NCBI GenBank assembly: GCA_963677595.1
Contig: OY782041.1
Coordinates: 4,000,001-4,064,000, forward strand
From: Spirochaetia bacterium
Lineage (GTDB): Bacteria; Spirochaetota; Spirochaetia; CAKZLE01
Direction: 5' to 3'
Length of the DNA stretch: 64,000 nt
This document shows, one piece after another, positions 1 through 8,840 of this stretch; position 1 is the first letter of the stretch, and every line of letters starts with the position of its first letter. The notes beneath the pieces are model-generated. The model had not been told where the DNA came from. It searched no databases and saw only the letters and a list, made by a program, of their open reading frames with translations. Position numbers and translations under genes: made by a program.

Positions 1-252
1 GTCAGCCTTGCAGGGGTGATCGGATGGGTCGGACTGATCATCCCCCATATGGGGCGCATGATCGTCGGAAGCGACAACCGCATCCTCATTCCCGTGAGCT
101 TCTGCCTCGGGGCCTCCTTCCTCATCCTCGTCGACAGCCTCGCACGGACCCTGGTAGGCAGCGAGATCCCGCTCGGCGTCCTTACCGCCCTCGTCGGCGG
201 CCCCTTCTTCATCTACCTGCTCAAGGAGACCAAGGCAAGGGGGTGGCAATGA
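1..252 (+). CDS. FecCD/BtuC-family ABC permease, C-terminal part (truncated by window edge)
   Basis: IGWVGLIIPH...EIPLGVLTALVGGPFFIYLL is the typical FecCD C-terminus; its TGA overlaps the next ATG (ATGA). Confidence 0.9.
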   Translation, partial: VSLAGVIGWVGLIIPHMGRMIVGSDNRILIPVSFCLGASFLILVDSLARTLVGSEIPLGVLTALVGGPFFIYLLKETKARGWQ

Positions 253-1067
253 GCCCGCTGCTCGCGATGGAGAACGGTTCCTTCTCCTATACTCCTCAGA
301 AGAGGATCTACTCACAGCTCAGCTTCTCGGTGGAACCGGGAGAGGTGCTCTGTATCCTCGGCCCGAACGGCTGCGGGAAGACCACCCTGCTTGACAACCT
401 CCTCGGGTATTACCCGCTGGATGAGGGGAGCATCCTGATCGACGGCGTAGATTCCTCCGCGATGAGTGCCCCGCAGCGAGCCCGGAAGATCGCCTATGTC
501 CCCCAGATACACCAGAAGACCTTTCCCTATACCGTCGAGCAGGTGATCCTCATGGGCAGGACACCGCACCTGCCGTTCCATACCGGGCCGGTTCGGTCAG
601 ACATAGAGAAAGTGAATGAGGTCATCGACCTGCTGAACCTCGAGAGGCTCCGTCACCAGGAGTATACCCGTCTCTCCGGGGGAGAGACCCAGCTGGTGCT
701 GATCGCCAGGGCCCTCGTACAGGAGAGCCAGGTGCTGGTCATGGACGAGCCGACCAACCACCTCGATTATACCAACGAGCTGATCATCCTTGAGACTATG
801 AAAGGGTTGATACGGGATCGCGGCCTGTCCATCATCATGGCGACCCATGTCCCGAACCATGCTTTCTTTTTCGAGAACCATGCCATTCCCGTCGTGGTCG
901 CCCTGATGCAGCAGGACAGGGGATTCCGCTGTTACGGCTCTCCCGAAGCGGTACTGACGCCTGAGAACCTCGGGGAGGTCTATCATGTGGATACCTGCAT
1001 ACTCGAGTATGCGGGTATTAGTACAGAACAGCAGCTGCGGCACATCGTTCCGCTGCGATTGAGGTAA
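249..1067 (+). CDS. Metal-chelate/cobalamin-type ABC transporter ATP-binding protein
   Basis: Walker A GPNGCGKT, signature LSGGE, Walker B VMDEPT; true start is ATG at 249. Confidence 0.92.
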   Translation: MSPLLAMENGSFSYTPQKRIYSQLSFSVEPGEVLCILGPNGCGKTTLLDNLLGYYPLDEGSILIDGVDSSAMSAPQRARKIAYVPQIHQKTFPYTVEQVILMGRTPHLPFHTGPVRSDIEKVNEVIDLLNLERLRHQEYTRLSGGETQLVLIARALVQESQVLVMDEPTNHLDYTNELIILETMKGLIRDRGLSIIMATHVPNHAFFFENHAIPVVVALMQQDRGFRCYGSPEAVLTPENLGEVYHVDTCILEYAGISTEQQLRHIVPLRLR

Positions 1068-1073
1068 CTATCC

Positions 1074-2162
1074 ATGCACAGAACACGAATATTGATCATA
1101 CTAACCGCATTCATTTTCTCCCTTTCCCTGGTATCTGCCCAGGGCCAGGTTGAAGGAAGCCTACTGCCGGTACAGGCCGAACGGACGGTCATCGACTGCT
1201 TCGACCGTACCGTCTCCCTGCCTGAGACCATCGACCGGGTAGCCTGTCTCTATGCCTTCAGCACGCATGTCATGACGATGCTCGGGGAGGATGACAAGAT
1301 CGTTGCCGTGGTGGAGGGCTCCAAACGAGATATGCTGCTTAACGAGGTCTCTCCTTATATCGGGGAGGCAGCGACCCCCTCGGACAGCGGCATAATCAAC
1401 ATCGAGGAGCTCCTTGCCACTGACCCTGACCTCGTATTCCTGAAAGGAGAGACTGCCCTGCTGGCCGAGGAGACCGCCAAGCTCGAGCTCTTCGGCATCC
1501 CCTACGTTGTGATCGACTTCACCACCATAGCCGAGCAGATGCGGGCGATCGAGGTCATTGGGGATGTGATGGGCGAAAGCGATAGAGCTGCAGCGTACCT
1601 CAGGTATTACCAGCGAATCATCGATGAGACGCTTGCACGGACGAGCAGCCTGTCAGAGGATGAGAAACACCGGGTCTACCATTCGGTGAACGAGGCGACC
1701 CGTACCGACGCGGCAGGCACCCTCACCGCGGAGTGGACGCAGATCGCGGGAGCGATCAACGTCTCGGTGGGTTCTGACCTTCGGGTCTATGAGAACAAGT
1801 TCTATGCCTCCATCGAGCAGATCCTGCTCTGGGACCCGGAGATCATCATCTGCAACGAGTACGGCGTGGATGGGTATATCATGAATAACGAGAAGTGGCA
1901 GACGATCCAGGCAGTGAAGGACCAACTGGTCTTCAAGATCCCTACCGGCATCTCACGGTGGGGCCATCCCGGCGGGATGGAGACACCCCTGGCGATCCTT
2001 TGGACGGTGGGGACGCTCTATCCGGAACTCAGTGAGGATATAGACATGTTCGGGATCACCAATGACTATTACAACGATTTCTTCGACTACCAGATCAGCG
2101 ATGAGCTAGTTGAACGCATGCTCTCAGGCGGGAGGATGCGGATGGCCAAGGAGGATATGTGA
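1074..2162 (+). CDS. Class III (BtuF/FepB-like) ABC substrate-binding protein
   Basis: Signal peptide; DCFDRTVSLP, NIEELLATDPDLVF and SIEQILLWDPEIII motifs; operon context. Confidence 0.88.
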   Translation: MHRTRILIILTAFIFSLSLVSAQGQVEGSLLPVQAERTVIDCFDRTVSLPETIDRVACLYAFSTHVMTMLGEDDKIVAVVEGSKRDMLLNEVSPYIGEAATPSDSGIINIEELLATDPDLVFLKGETALLAEETAKLELFGIPYVVIDFTTIAEQMRAIEVIGDVMGESDRAAAYLRYYQRIIDETLARTSSLSEDEKHRVYHSVNEATRTDAAGTLTAEWTQIAGAINVSVGSDLRVYENKFYASIEQILLWDPEIIICNEYGVDGYIMNNEKWQTIQAVKDQLVFKIPTGISRWGHPGGMETPLAILWTVGTLYPELSEDIDMFGITNDYYNDFFDYQISDELVERMLSGGRMRMAKEDM

Positions 2163-2163
2163 G

Positions 2164-2901
2164 ATGAGAAGATTCTTACTCTGCATCGATGATACCGACA
2201 ACCTGGGCACTCCCGGCAGCGGCCATATCCTCAATGATATCTGCCTGCACCTCCAGGAGAGGGGATTGGCCCGTGGATCGAGGATCAGCCGGCACCAGCT
2301 CTTCGTGCATCCCGATGTGCCCTATACCAGCCACAACTCCTCTATGTGCACGATCCTCACCGGCATCCATGACGAACAGGCGGTGATCTCCGAGGTCGAG
2401 ACGGAACTTCGCGAACGGGCTGCGGAGGGTTCGGATCCCGGGATCTGCTTCACTGCCTGGGATCAGATCCGCAGTCCTGAGCTGCTCATCGATTACGGGC
2501 GCAGGGCAAAGCGAGAGGTCCTCTCCAAGGGAATAGCCTATGAGACGGCGAAGGAATGCGGCCTCTACCTGAACGAACTCGGCGGCACGGGGGACGGCGT
2601 CATCGGGGCTGTCGCCGGCATCGGCCTGCGCCTCAGCGGGACTGACGGAAGGTTCAGGGGGAAGCTCCCCTTCTCCGCTGCCGGACAGCCCTGCAGAGCT
2701 GGCGACTTCGTATGCCTCGATGAGGTCGATGAACTGCGGTGCGCGGTTACAGGAAAACTCCTGGACGAGAGCGACCTGGTCACCTGGCTTCCCGAGATCA
2801 AGACCGTCTTATATGGCCATAAGTCAGTGCTCCCGGTCCTGCCGGATGGAGATCACTGGCGGGTCATGGACAGGGTGGAACTGAAGGCACGGTACAACTA
2901 G
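2164..2901 (+). CDS. Stand-alone TiaS N-terminal-like (DDTD motif) protein, function unknown
   Basis: LLCIDDTDN, HPDVPYTSHNSSMC and GDGVIGAVAGIG resemble TiaS kinase-domain motifs; start lies 1 nt after the SBP stop. Confidence 0.7.
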   Translation: MRRFLLCIDDTDNLGTPGSGHILNDICLHLQERGLARGSRISRHQLFVHPDVPYTSHNSSMCTILTGIHDEQAVISEVETELRERAAEGSDPGICFTAWDQIRSPELLIDYGRRAKREVLSKGIAYETAKECGLYLNELGGTGDGVIGAVAGIGLRLSGTDGRFRGKLPFSAAGQPCRAGDFVCLDEVDELRCAVTGKLLDESDLVTWLPEIKTVLYGHKSVLPVLPDGDHWRVMDRVELKARYN

Positions 2902-3305
2902 AGAAGCTCCCGCAGACCAAGCAGCGTCTCATCCTTCATAGCCTCCAGGAACTCACGCAACCCCTTGAATGCAGACTCCCGGTCCTTGCCCTCCACGGCG
3001 AGGAAGAGAATCGAGTCGTTCCTGTCGATCGTACCGATCGCGTGGACCGCATAGAGGCTGTTCAGGTCATACCGTTCAGCTATCTCCACGGCTTTCGAGG
3101 TGAGAATCGCTTCCGCATCGGGCTGCACCTTGTACAGCTCGATCCTGCTGTAGTCTGCGACCTGCTTCCCGGGGTACTTCGCCTTCCCGTGGTGGACGAG
3201 GATGGTCCCGGTCGAATCAGCCGGTGATTCGTGGAATGCCCTATACAGCTCGACATGGTCGAACCCCTCTGCAAGCTGAAATGATACCTTCTGCCTTGTT
3301 TCCAT
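2898..3305 (-). CDS. MoaE-like protein (molybdopterin synthase large-subunit fold), divergent
   Basis: 135 aa; AVHAIGTIDRNDSILFLAVEGKDRESAF follows the MoaE pattern, with substitutions at conserved sites. Confidence 0.65.
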   Translation of the reverse strand: METRQKVSFQLAEGFDHVELYRAFHESPADSTGTILVHHGKAKYPGKQVADYSRIELYKVQPDAEAILTSKAVEIAERYDLNSLYAVHAIGTIDRNDSILFLAVEGKDRESAFKGLREFLEAMKDETLLGLRELL

Positions 3306-3418
3306 GGTCTTCTATTCCCTCCTTTACTGGTTACCAACTATACCCCGTATACGTGCGTTTCTCAACAGGGATCATGGCTCTTGCCGTTTGCCGTGAGATC
3401 GGTCCATGAATTTTGCAT

Positions 3419-3447
3419 TTGACAATCCAATTCCGGTAACTTATCCT
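3419..3447 (+). promoter_or_regulatory. Sigma70-type promoter
   Basis: TTGACA-N17-TATCCT upstream of the small ORF/APC permease. Confidence 0.55.
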
Positions 3448-3466
3448 GATGCTAAGGGGGTACGCC

Positions 3467-3634
3467 GTGCGTGTTGATGATATCCTCGTCATTGTGATCC
3501 TCATCCTTGCCTATGCCGTAACCTGGGTCCTCTTCTTCGAATCGCTCCATGTCATAAAGACGATACACAAGGAAAAGCTGCTTGACCTCGACAGCATCAA
3601 GAGACGGATCCTGCGATGGAGCAGGCCCTCATGA
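3467..3634 (+). CDS. Small single-TM protein (55 aa)
   Basis: RBS AAGGGGG and GTG start after a promoter; one hydrophobic helix; stop overlaps ATG 3631 of the permease (ATGA). Confidence 0.5.
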   Translation: MRVDDILVIVILILAYAVTWVLFFESLHVIKTIHKEKLLDLDSIKRRILRWSRPS

Positions 3635-5886
3635 GCCCGGAGATACGCCCGGAACTCTCCCGGGAGATGTCCCTCTTCCAGATCACCATGATGGGGGTCG
3701 GGATGATGATCGGGGCTGGTGTCTTCGTTGCCACGGGCATCGGGATCGGTATTGCCGGCCCGGGCGGGATGCTGCTGGCCTTTGCTCTCAACGGCCTGCT
3801 GGCCTTCTTCTCGGTCATGACCTATGCGGAACTCGGCTCCGCCCTGCCGAAGGCAGGCGGCGGCTACAGCTACGTCCAGGAGAGTTCGGGCAGCCTGACG
3901 AGTTTCATCACGGGCTGGATCTCCTGGTTCGGTCACTCGGTGGCCGGGAGTCTCTACGCGATCACCTTCGCGAAATACACGATCCATTTCCTTACCCAGC
4001 TCGAGGTCATCAAGCTGGAAGGGACAGCCCTGGAATACGTTGAAAAAGCTGTCGCCGTCGGGCTCGCACTCACGTTTCTTCTCATCAACTACCGCGGGGC
4101 GAAGGAGACCGGAAAGGCCGGGGCGGTGATCGCCATAGGCCAGACGATCGTACTCCTGCTCATCGGGGTCGGCGGGCTGATCTTCGCAGGTTTGAACCCT
4201 GAACGGTTCTCAAACTTCTCCCCGATGCTCTCAGAGGGCTGGGGAAAGGTCTTCGTCGTCATGGGGTTCAGTCTCATCGGTTTCGAGGGCTACGAGGTCA
4301 TCTCCAATACCGCTGAGGAGGTCATCGATGCACGGAGGAATGTCCCCAAGGGGATCTTCCTCGCTGTCATCATCGTGGTGACCACCTACCTGCTGGTAGC
4401 CTGTACCGTCATCATCGGCGGCGGAGCTGCCGGTATGTCGCTTCCCGACTGGTTCTCCTCACGGGGTGCGACAGGGTTCGCCGATGCACTGGTCAATATA
4501 CTACCGGCAGGCGGTCTCCTGGCTGCCCTGGCAGCGATCTTCGCCAGTACTTCCGCCCTGAATGCCACGATCTTCTCCTCCACGCGGGTGTCCTTCGCCC
4601 TCGGCCGGGACGGTCACCTCCCCGCCATGTTCGAGCATATATCAGAGAAGACGCGTATCCCTGATGTGGCCCTCCTCTTCTCCGGCAGCATCACCATCCT
4701 GGTCGTGGTCCTCTTCGATGTGGAGACCGTCATGGCCGGGGCCAGCCTCTTCTTCATCTTCCTCTTCAATATTGTGACCTTCTCCGGTATGAAGATCAGG
4801 ATCGAGCGTGGGCATGAACTGACCTACGGCTACATCATCCCGCTGTTCCCCGTCATCCCGGTCATCTCCATCATCGGGAGGACCCTGATCGGCCTCTTCC
4901 TCCTCGATATGTCCCTCAGTGCCTATATCATCGCGGCGGTATGGCTGCTGCTGGGGTTCACCTATTATATAATCAAGCCGGCCCGGGAAGTGAAGTCACC
5001 ATTCCATCGTGAACAGACATTCTCTACCGAGGAGGAGAACGGCAAGGGACGCCACCAGGTCGTCGTCGCCCTGGCTAATCGGGAGACAGCTCCCCACCTC
5101 ATCCGCTACGCCTCGATCCTTGCTGAGTCGAAGGACCTGGGGCTTACATTGTCCACGGTCGTGAAGGTCCCCTACCAGACACCGATCGAGGAAGCCTCCC
5201 GCTTCACCGATGAAGCAGAGAAGCTCCTTACCGGTGATTTCAAGGAGTTGAAAGACGGGATCCCCGTGACCCGCCGCCTCCGATTCGCCCACAACACGGC
5301 ACAGGGGATCATCCAGTCGGTACGCACCCATACCACCGACCTGCTGGTCATGGGATGGACCGGCTTCGGTTCTCACAGGAATTACCGCATGGGCAGTACC
5401 CTCGATCCCGTGATCGAGAAGGCCTCCTGCAACCTCATCGTCATCAAGCCGGGAACCGACGAGCCAGAGAAAGAGATCAAGAAGATCCTCTGCCCCACGA
5501 AGGGTTTGAGTGCCCATGGAAAACTGACCTGGGAAGTCGCACGGATACTCGCTGCCCATTACGATGCCGCTATCACGGTCTTCCATGTGACGCCGATGGA
5601 CAAGTCGGGGGAGATCCCAGAACTGCTCCAGGATGAGATGTCTGTCGAGCAGGAGGGCATGCAGTATACCGTCAAGCTCCTCCAGAGCAGGGACCCTGCC
5701 GGCAGGATCTGCAAGGAGGCCGAGGATTACGACCTCGTTGTGATCGGGGCTTCTGAGACCTCACTCTTCGGGCGGTTCCTCTTCGGCCTGAAGCCGATGA
5801 AGATCGCAGAGGGCTGCTCCTGCCCGGTCATCATGGTCAGGAGGAACACCGGTATCAGGTCCTGGTTCAAACGATGGTTCATCTGA
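3616..5886 (+). CDS. APC-family amino acid permease with C-terminal universal stress protein domains
   Basis: GMMIGAGVF, YAELGSALPKAGGGY and GFEGYE motifs; USP motifs DLLVMGW and DLVVIGAS; true start may be 3631. Confidence 0.9.
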   Translation: MEQALMSPEIRPELSREMSLFQITMMGVGMMIGAGVFVATGIGIGIAGPGGMLLAFALNGLLAFFSVMTYAELGSALPKAGGGYSYVQESSGSLTSFITGWISWFGHSVAGSLYAITFAKYTIHFLTQLEVIKLEGTALEYVEKAVAVGLALTFLLINYRGAKETGKAGAVIAIGQTIVLLLIGVGGLIFAGLNPERFSNFSPMLSEGWGKVFVVMGFSLIGFEGYEVISNTAEEVIDARRNVPKGIFLAVIIVVTTYLLVACTVIIGGGAAGMSLPDWFSSRGATGFADALVNILPAGGLLAALAAIFASTSALNATIFSSTRVSFALGRDGHLPAMFEHISEKTRIPDVALLFSGSITILVVVLFDVETVMAGASLFFIFLFNIVTFSGMKIRIERGHELTYGYIIPLFPVIPVISIIGRTLIGLFLLDMSLSAYIIAAVWLLLGFTYYIIKPAREVKSPFHREQTFSTEEENGKGRHQVVVALANRETAPHLIRYASILAESKDLGLTLSTVVKVPYQTPIEEASRFTDEAEKLLTGDFKELKDGIPVTRRLRFAHNTAQGIIQSVRTHTTDLLVMGWTGFGSHRNYRMGSTLDPVIEKASCNLIVIKPGTDEPEKEIKKILCPTKGLSAHGKLTWEVARILAAHYDAAITVFHVTPMDKSGEIPELLQDEMSVEQEGMQYTVKLLQSRDPAGRICKEAEDYDLVVIGASETSLFGRFLFGLKPMKIAEGCSCPVIMVRRNTGIRSWFKRWFI

Positions 5887-5894
5887 GATCGAAG

Positions 5895-5937
5895 CAGAGG
5901 TGCAGATTTCAAGTTGAACTTGGAAATTGCACCTCTG
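5895..5937. repeat. Imperfect 43-bp palindrome overlapping a promoter
   Basis: CAGAGGTGCAGATTTCAAGTT-G-AACTTGGAAATTGCACCTCTG; covers the -35 TTGGAA, followed by N17-TATGAT. Confidence 0.75.
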
Positions 5938-5953
5938 TGGTGTATGATGAACT

Positions 5954-7111
5954 ATGATGATCAAAAGAGCTCTATCAGCAGAGCTGACTGCAGCAAGCAG
6001 GTTCTTCCCAGTCGTCACCCTGACAGGACCGAGGCAATCCGGGAAGACCACGTTGGTGCAGGAGTGTTTCCCTGAACACACCTACTGCAATCTTGAGAGT
6101 CCTGAGATCCGAATGCTTGCTGCTTCTGATCCCAGGACGTTCTTTCATACATATACTCCACCCATGATCATCGATGAGGTCCAAAGGGTTCCTGAACTGT
6201 TGTCCTGGATCCAGGTCTTCTCAGATGAGCATCAGCGTAAAGGACAGTATATCCTGACAAGAAGCAGCCAGCCCCAGCTGAACGAGGCAGCCTCCCAGTC
6301 CCTTGCAGGACGGACAGCAGTGTATCAGCTGCTGCCGCTGTCCCTCGGGGAACTGCAGGCCCATTACCATGAAACACCAATGAAAGAAGAAGTCATGGTG
6401 AACGGGTTCCTGCCCAGACTTTACCATGACAACATCCCGGCAGGCATGGTCTATTCCAGCTATTTCAGGACATATATCGAACGTGATGTCCGTTTGCTGA
6501 GTACTATAAAGAACCTCTCCCAATTTGAGCAATTCATCAAACTACTTGCCGGTAGGATCGGGCAGCTGGTGAATCTTTCTTCTTTATCCAATGACATAGG
6601 AGTATCTTCAACCACCCTTGCTTCCTGGCTATCGGTCCTTGAGGCATCGTTCATCATCTACCGGCTGCCACCGTATCACACGAACAGGAGAAAACGGCTG
6701 ACACGCTCCCCCAAGCTGTATTTCACCGAAACCGGGCTGGCAGCTTGGCTTCTCGGTATTGAGACCCCATCCCAATGCTTGAGGGATCCCCTGCTGGGCA
6801 GCCTGTTCGAGAATATGGTCGTGATGGATGCCGTGAAGCAGCAATTGAGCAGGGGGAAGGTACCCCAGCTCTCGTTCTACCGCGATGCAAAAGGCCATGA
6901 AGTAGACCTCATACTTGAGAAGCAGCGTGTACCATACCCCATTGAGATCAAGTCGGCCATGACCTGGCACGACCATTTCGCAAAAGGGATCACCTGGTTC
7001 CAGTCTGCTGAGCCTGCATCAGGCAGGGGATCTGTGATCTATTCAGGCGATCTGGAGTTCGACAGGGAATCGTATAGTATCAGGAACTTCAATTCCGAGC
7101 TCAGTGTATAG
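5954..7111 (+). CDS. AAA_14/DUF4143 (COG1373-type) ATPase
   Basis: GPRQSGKTT, IIDEVQ, KLYFTETGL, FENMV, EVDLI...IEIKS. Confidence 0.9.
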   Translation: MMIKRALSAELTAASRFFPVVTLTGPRQSGKTTLVQECFPEHTYCNLESPEIRMLAASDPRTFFHTYTPPMIIDEVQRVPELLSWIQVFSDEHQRKGQYILTRSSQPQLNEAASQSLAGRTAVYQLLPLSLGELQAHYHETPMKEEVMVNGFLPRLYHDNIPAGMVYSSYFRTYIERDVRLLSTIKNLSQFEQFIKLLAGRIGQLVNLSSLSNDIGVSSTTLASWLSVLEASFIIYRLPPYHTNRRKRLTRSPKLYFTETGLAAWLLGIETPSQCLRDPLLGSLFENMVVMDAVKQQLSRGKVPQLSFYRDAKGHEVDLILEKQRVPYPIEIKSAMTWHDHFAKGITWFQSAEPASGRGSVIYSGDLEFDRESYSIRNFNSELSV

Positions 7112-7124
7112 GTACTATGTGACT

Positions 7125-7367
7125 ATGAAGATCTTCTTATCAATTCCGGATAACGTATGCAAAGAAGCGGAAAGGACTGCCAGGCAGCTTGGTCTTACGA
7201 GAGACCAGCTGTACATCAGGGCTGTCAAAGAGTTCGTTGCCCATCATCAGCGAGACACCATAACAGAGATGCTCGATAGCATCTATGCAGATAGGCCTCA
7301 AGAAGATCCTGTATCAGATTCGGGATTAGAGGCCATGAGAGAGGCAGCAGAACATGATTCTTGGTAG
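7125..7367 (+). CDS. ChpI-like ribbon-helix-helix antitoxin
   Basis: MKIFLSIPDNV...LGLTRDQLYIRAVKEFV...ITEMLDSIY, ending in W, matches the ChpI pattern. Confidence 0.7.
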   Translation: MKIFLSIPDNVCKEAERTARQLGLTRDQLYIRAVKEFVAHHQRDTITEMLDSIYADRPQEDPVSDSGLEAMREAAEHDSW

Positions 7368-7410
7368 AATCTGGTAAGCGAACCCAGTAGTTAGAGCAAT
7401 ACATTCATGG

Positions 7411-8628
7411 TTAAAACAGACTGGTATCAAGCAGGAATCGACGAAGGGATACATGCCGGACTCCAGAGATGGTATCAGTGAAGTCAGGGTCCATCGTTAC
7501 CACGAATTTGGGATAGGAATCCCTGATCCGTAGAAGTGGGGAGAACTCCCTTTCAATGGTGGTCTCGTTCTCCAGCTTATATGCGACCTGGATATAGACT
7601 AGCTGATCTCTTCGCTCTGCTACGAAATCCACTTCCAACTTTCCTAGCTTTCCGATGTATACAGCGTATCCTCGTCTCACCAGTTCGAGGTAGACGATAT
7701 TCTCCAGGACACCGGATATATGATGGTCCCGATAGCCGAACAGGGCATGCTGCATACCTTGATCTGCCAGGAAATACTTCTCCTGCGTCTTGAGGATCTC
7801 TTTCCCCTGTATATCATACCGCTGTACCTTGCGAAGGATATAAGAACTGACAAGGGCATCCAGGTAGGTATAGATAGTACTGATATCAACGGACCGGTAT
7901 TGACTTTTGAAATAATCAGCGATCTTCTTCGCAGAGATCGTATGACCGATAGATTCTATGACGAATCTCATGATCCTGTTCAGGAGATCAATGTCCCGGA
8001 TCTTATAACGATGCACCACGTCCCGAAGGACGATAGAATCATAGGTATCACGCAGGATGGTATATACCACCTCTTCTTCATACTCACCCACATGGATCGC
8101 GGGAAACCCGCCTCGCCTGATAAACTTCCAAAGCAGCTCATCAGAAACCTCCTGCTCCGCTGTGCTGCGTTGGAAGTCGAGCATCTCCCGAAATGAGAGC
8201 ACCTGAATCTCTATCCGAATAAAGCGACCCGTAAGGAGGGTCGAGAGTTCAGAGGATAGGAGATGGGAGTTCGACCCACTGATGAAGATATTGACCTGAA
8301 AATCTACCATCAGGGAATTGACAGCTTCTTCCCATGAATCGACGATCTGTATCTCATCAAAGAACAGGTAGACCATCTCAGTGCGTGAGGCAAGCATGTT
8401 CGCAACATATGTATACAATGAATGTGCATCACGAAGACTGTAGTATTTCATACTCTCGAAATTGATCGATACGATCTGGTCTTCCCGAATCCCATTATCG
8501 CGCAGGTACTGCTGGGTAAGAAGCAGTAATGTGGATTTCCCACATCTACGAACTCCTGTGATCACTTTGATGAAAGGAGTTTTGATACATTGTCTGATCT
8601 TTTCCGTGTATAAAGGCCTCTCAATCAT
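7411..8628 (-). CDS. AAA_14/DUF4143 ATPase
   Basis: GVRRCGKST, FFDEIQ, ISGSNS, KYFLADQG, LENIVYLEL, EVDFVA. Confidence 0.92.
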   Translation of the reverse strand: MIERPLYTEKIRQCIKTPFIKVITGVRRCGKSTLLLLTQQYLRDNGIREDQIVSINFESMKYYSLRDAHSLYTYVANMLASRTEMVYLFFDEIQIVDSWEEAVNSLMVDFQVNIFISGSNSHLLSSELSTLLTGRFIRIEIQVLSFREMLDFQRSTAEQEVSDELLWKFIRRGGFPAIHVGEYEEEVVYTILRDTYDSIVLRDVVHRYKIRDIDLLNRIMRFVIESIGHTISAKKIADYFKSQYRSVDISTIYTYLDALVSSYILRKVQRYDIQGKEILKTQEKYFLADQGMQHALFGYRDHHISGVLENIVYLELVRRGYAVYIGKLGKLEVDFVAERRDQLVYIQVAYKLENETTIEREFSPLLRIRDSYPKFVVTMDPDFTDTISGVRHVSLRRFLLDTSLF

Positions 8629-8840
8629 ATATCGAACCTCTTTATATGATTATACTCCCAAAAACTTGAATACTATAGTACTTTGTATGGTTATACCCAT
8701 ACAAAATATGATTTTCAGTTCTATGCATCCAGTTCCAGACAGGTTATGCAACACCATACACCCCATCCACAACCTCTATGAGGAATGCCCCTTCAGGCTG
8801 GAGATGACAAATCCTGCAGACCGTAGACTCCCTTGCCTGC

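Noticed and set aside
24-248. N-terminal extensions in the ORF track (also 27021-27365, 26989-27087, 17750-17848)
   Set aside because: They overlap neighbouring genes or leaders; downstream ATGs fit RBS, coupling or domain starts better
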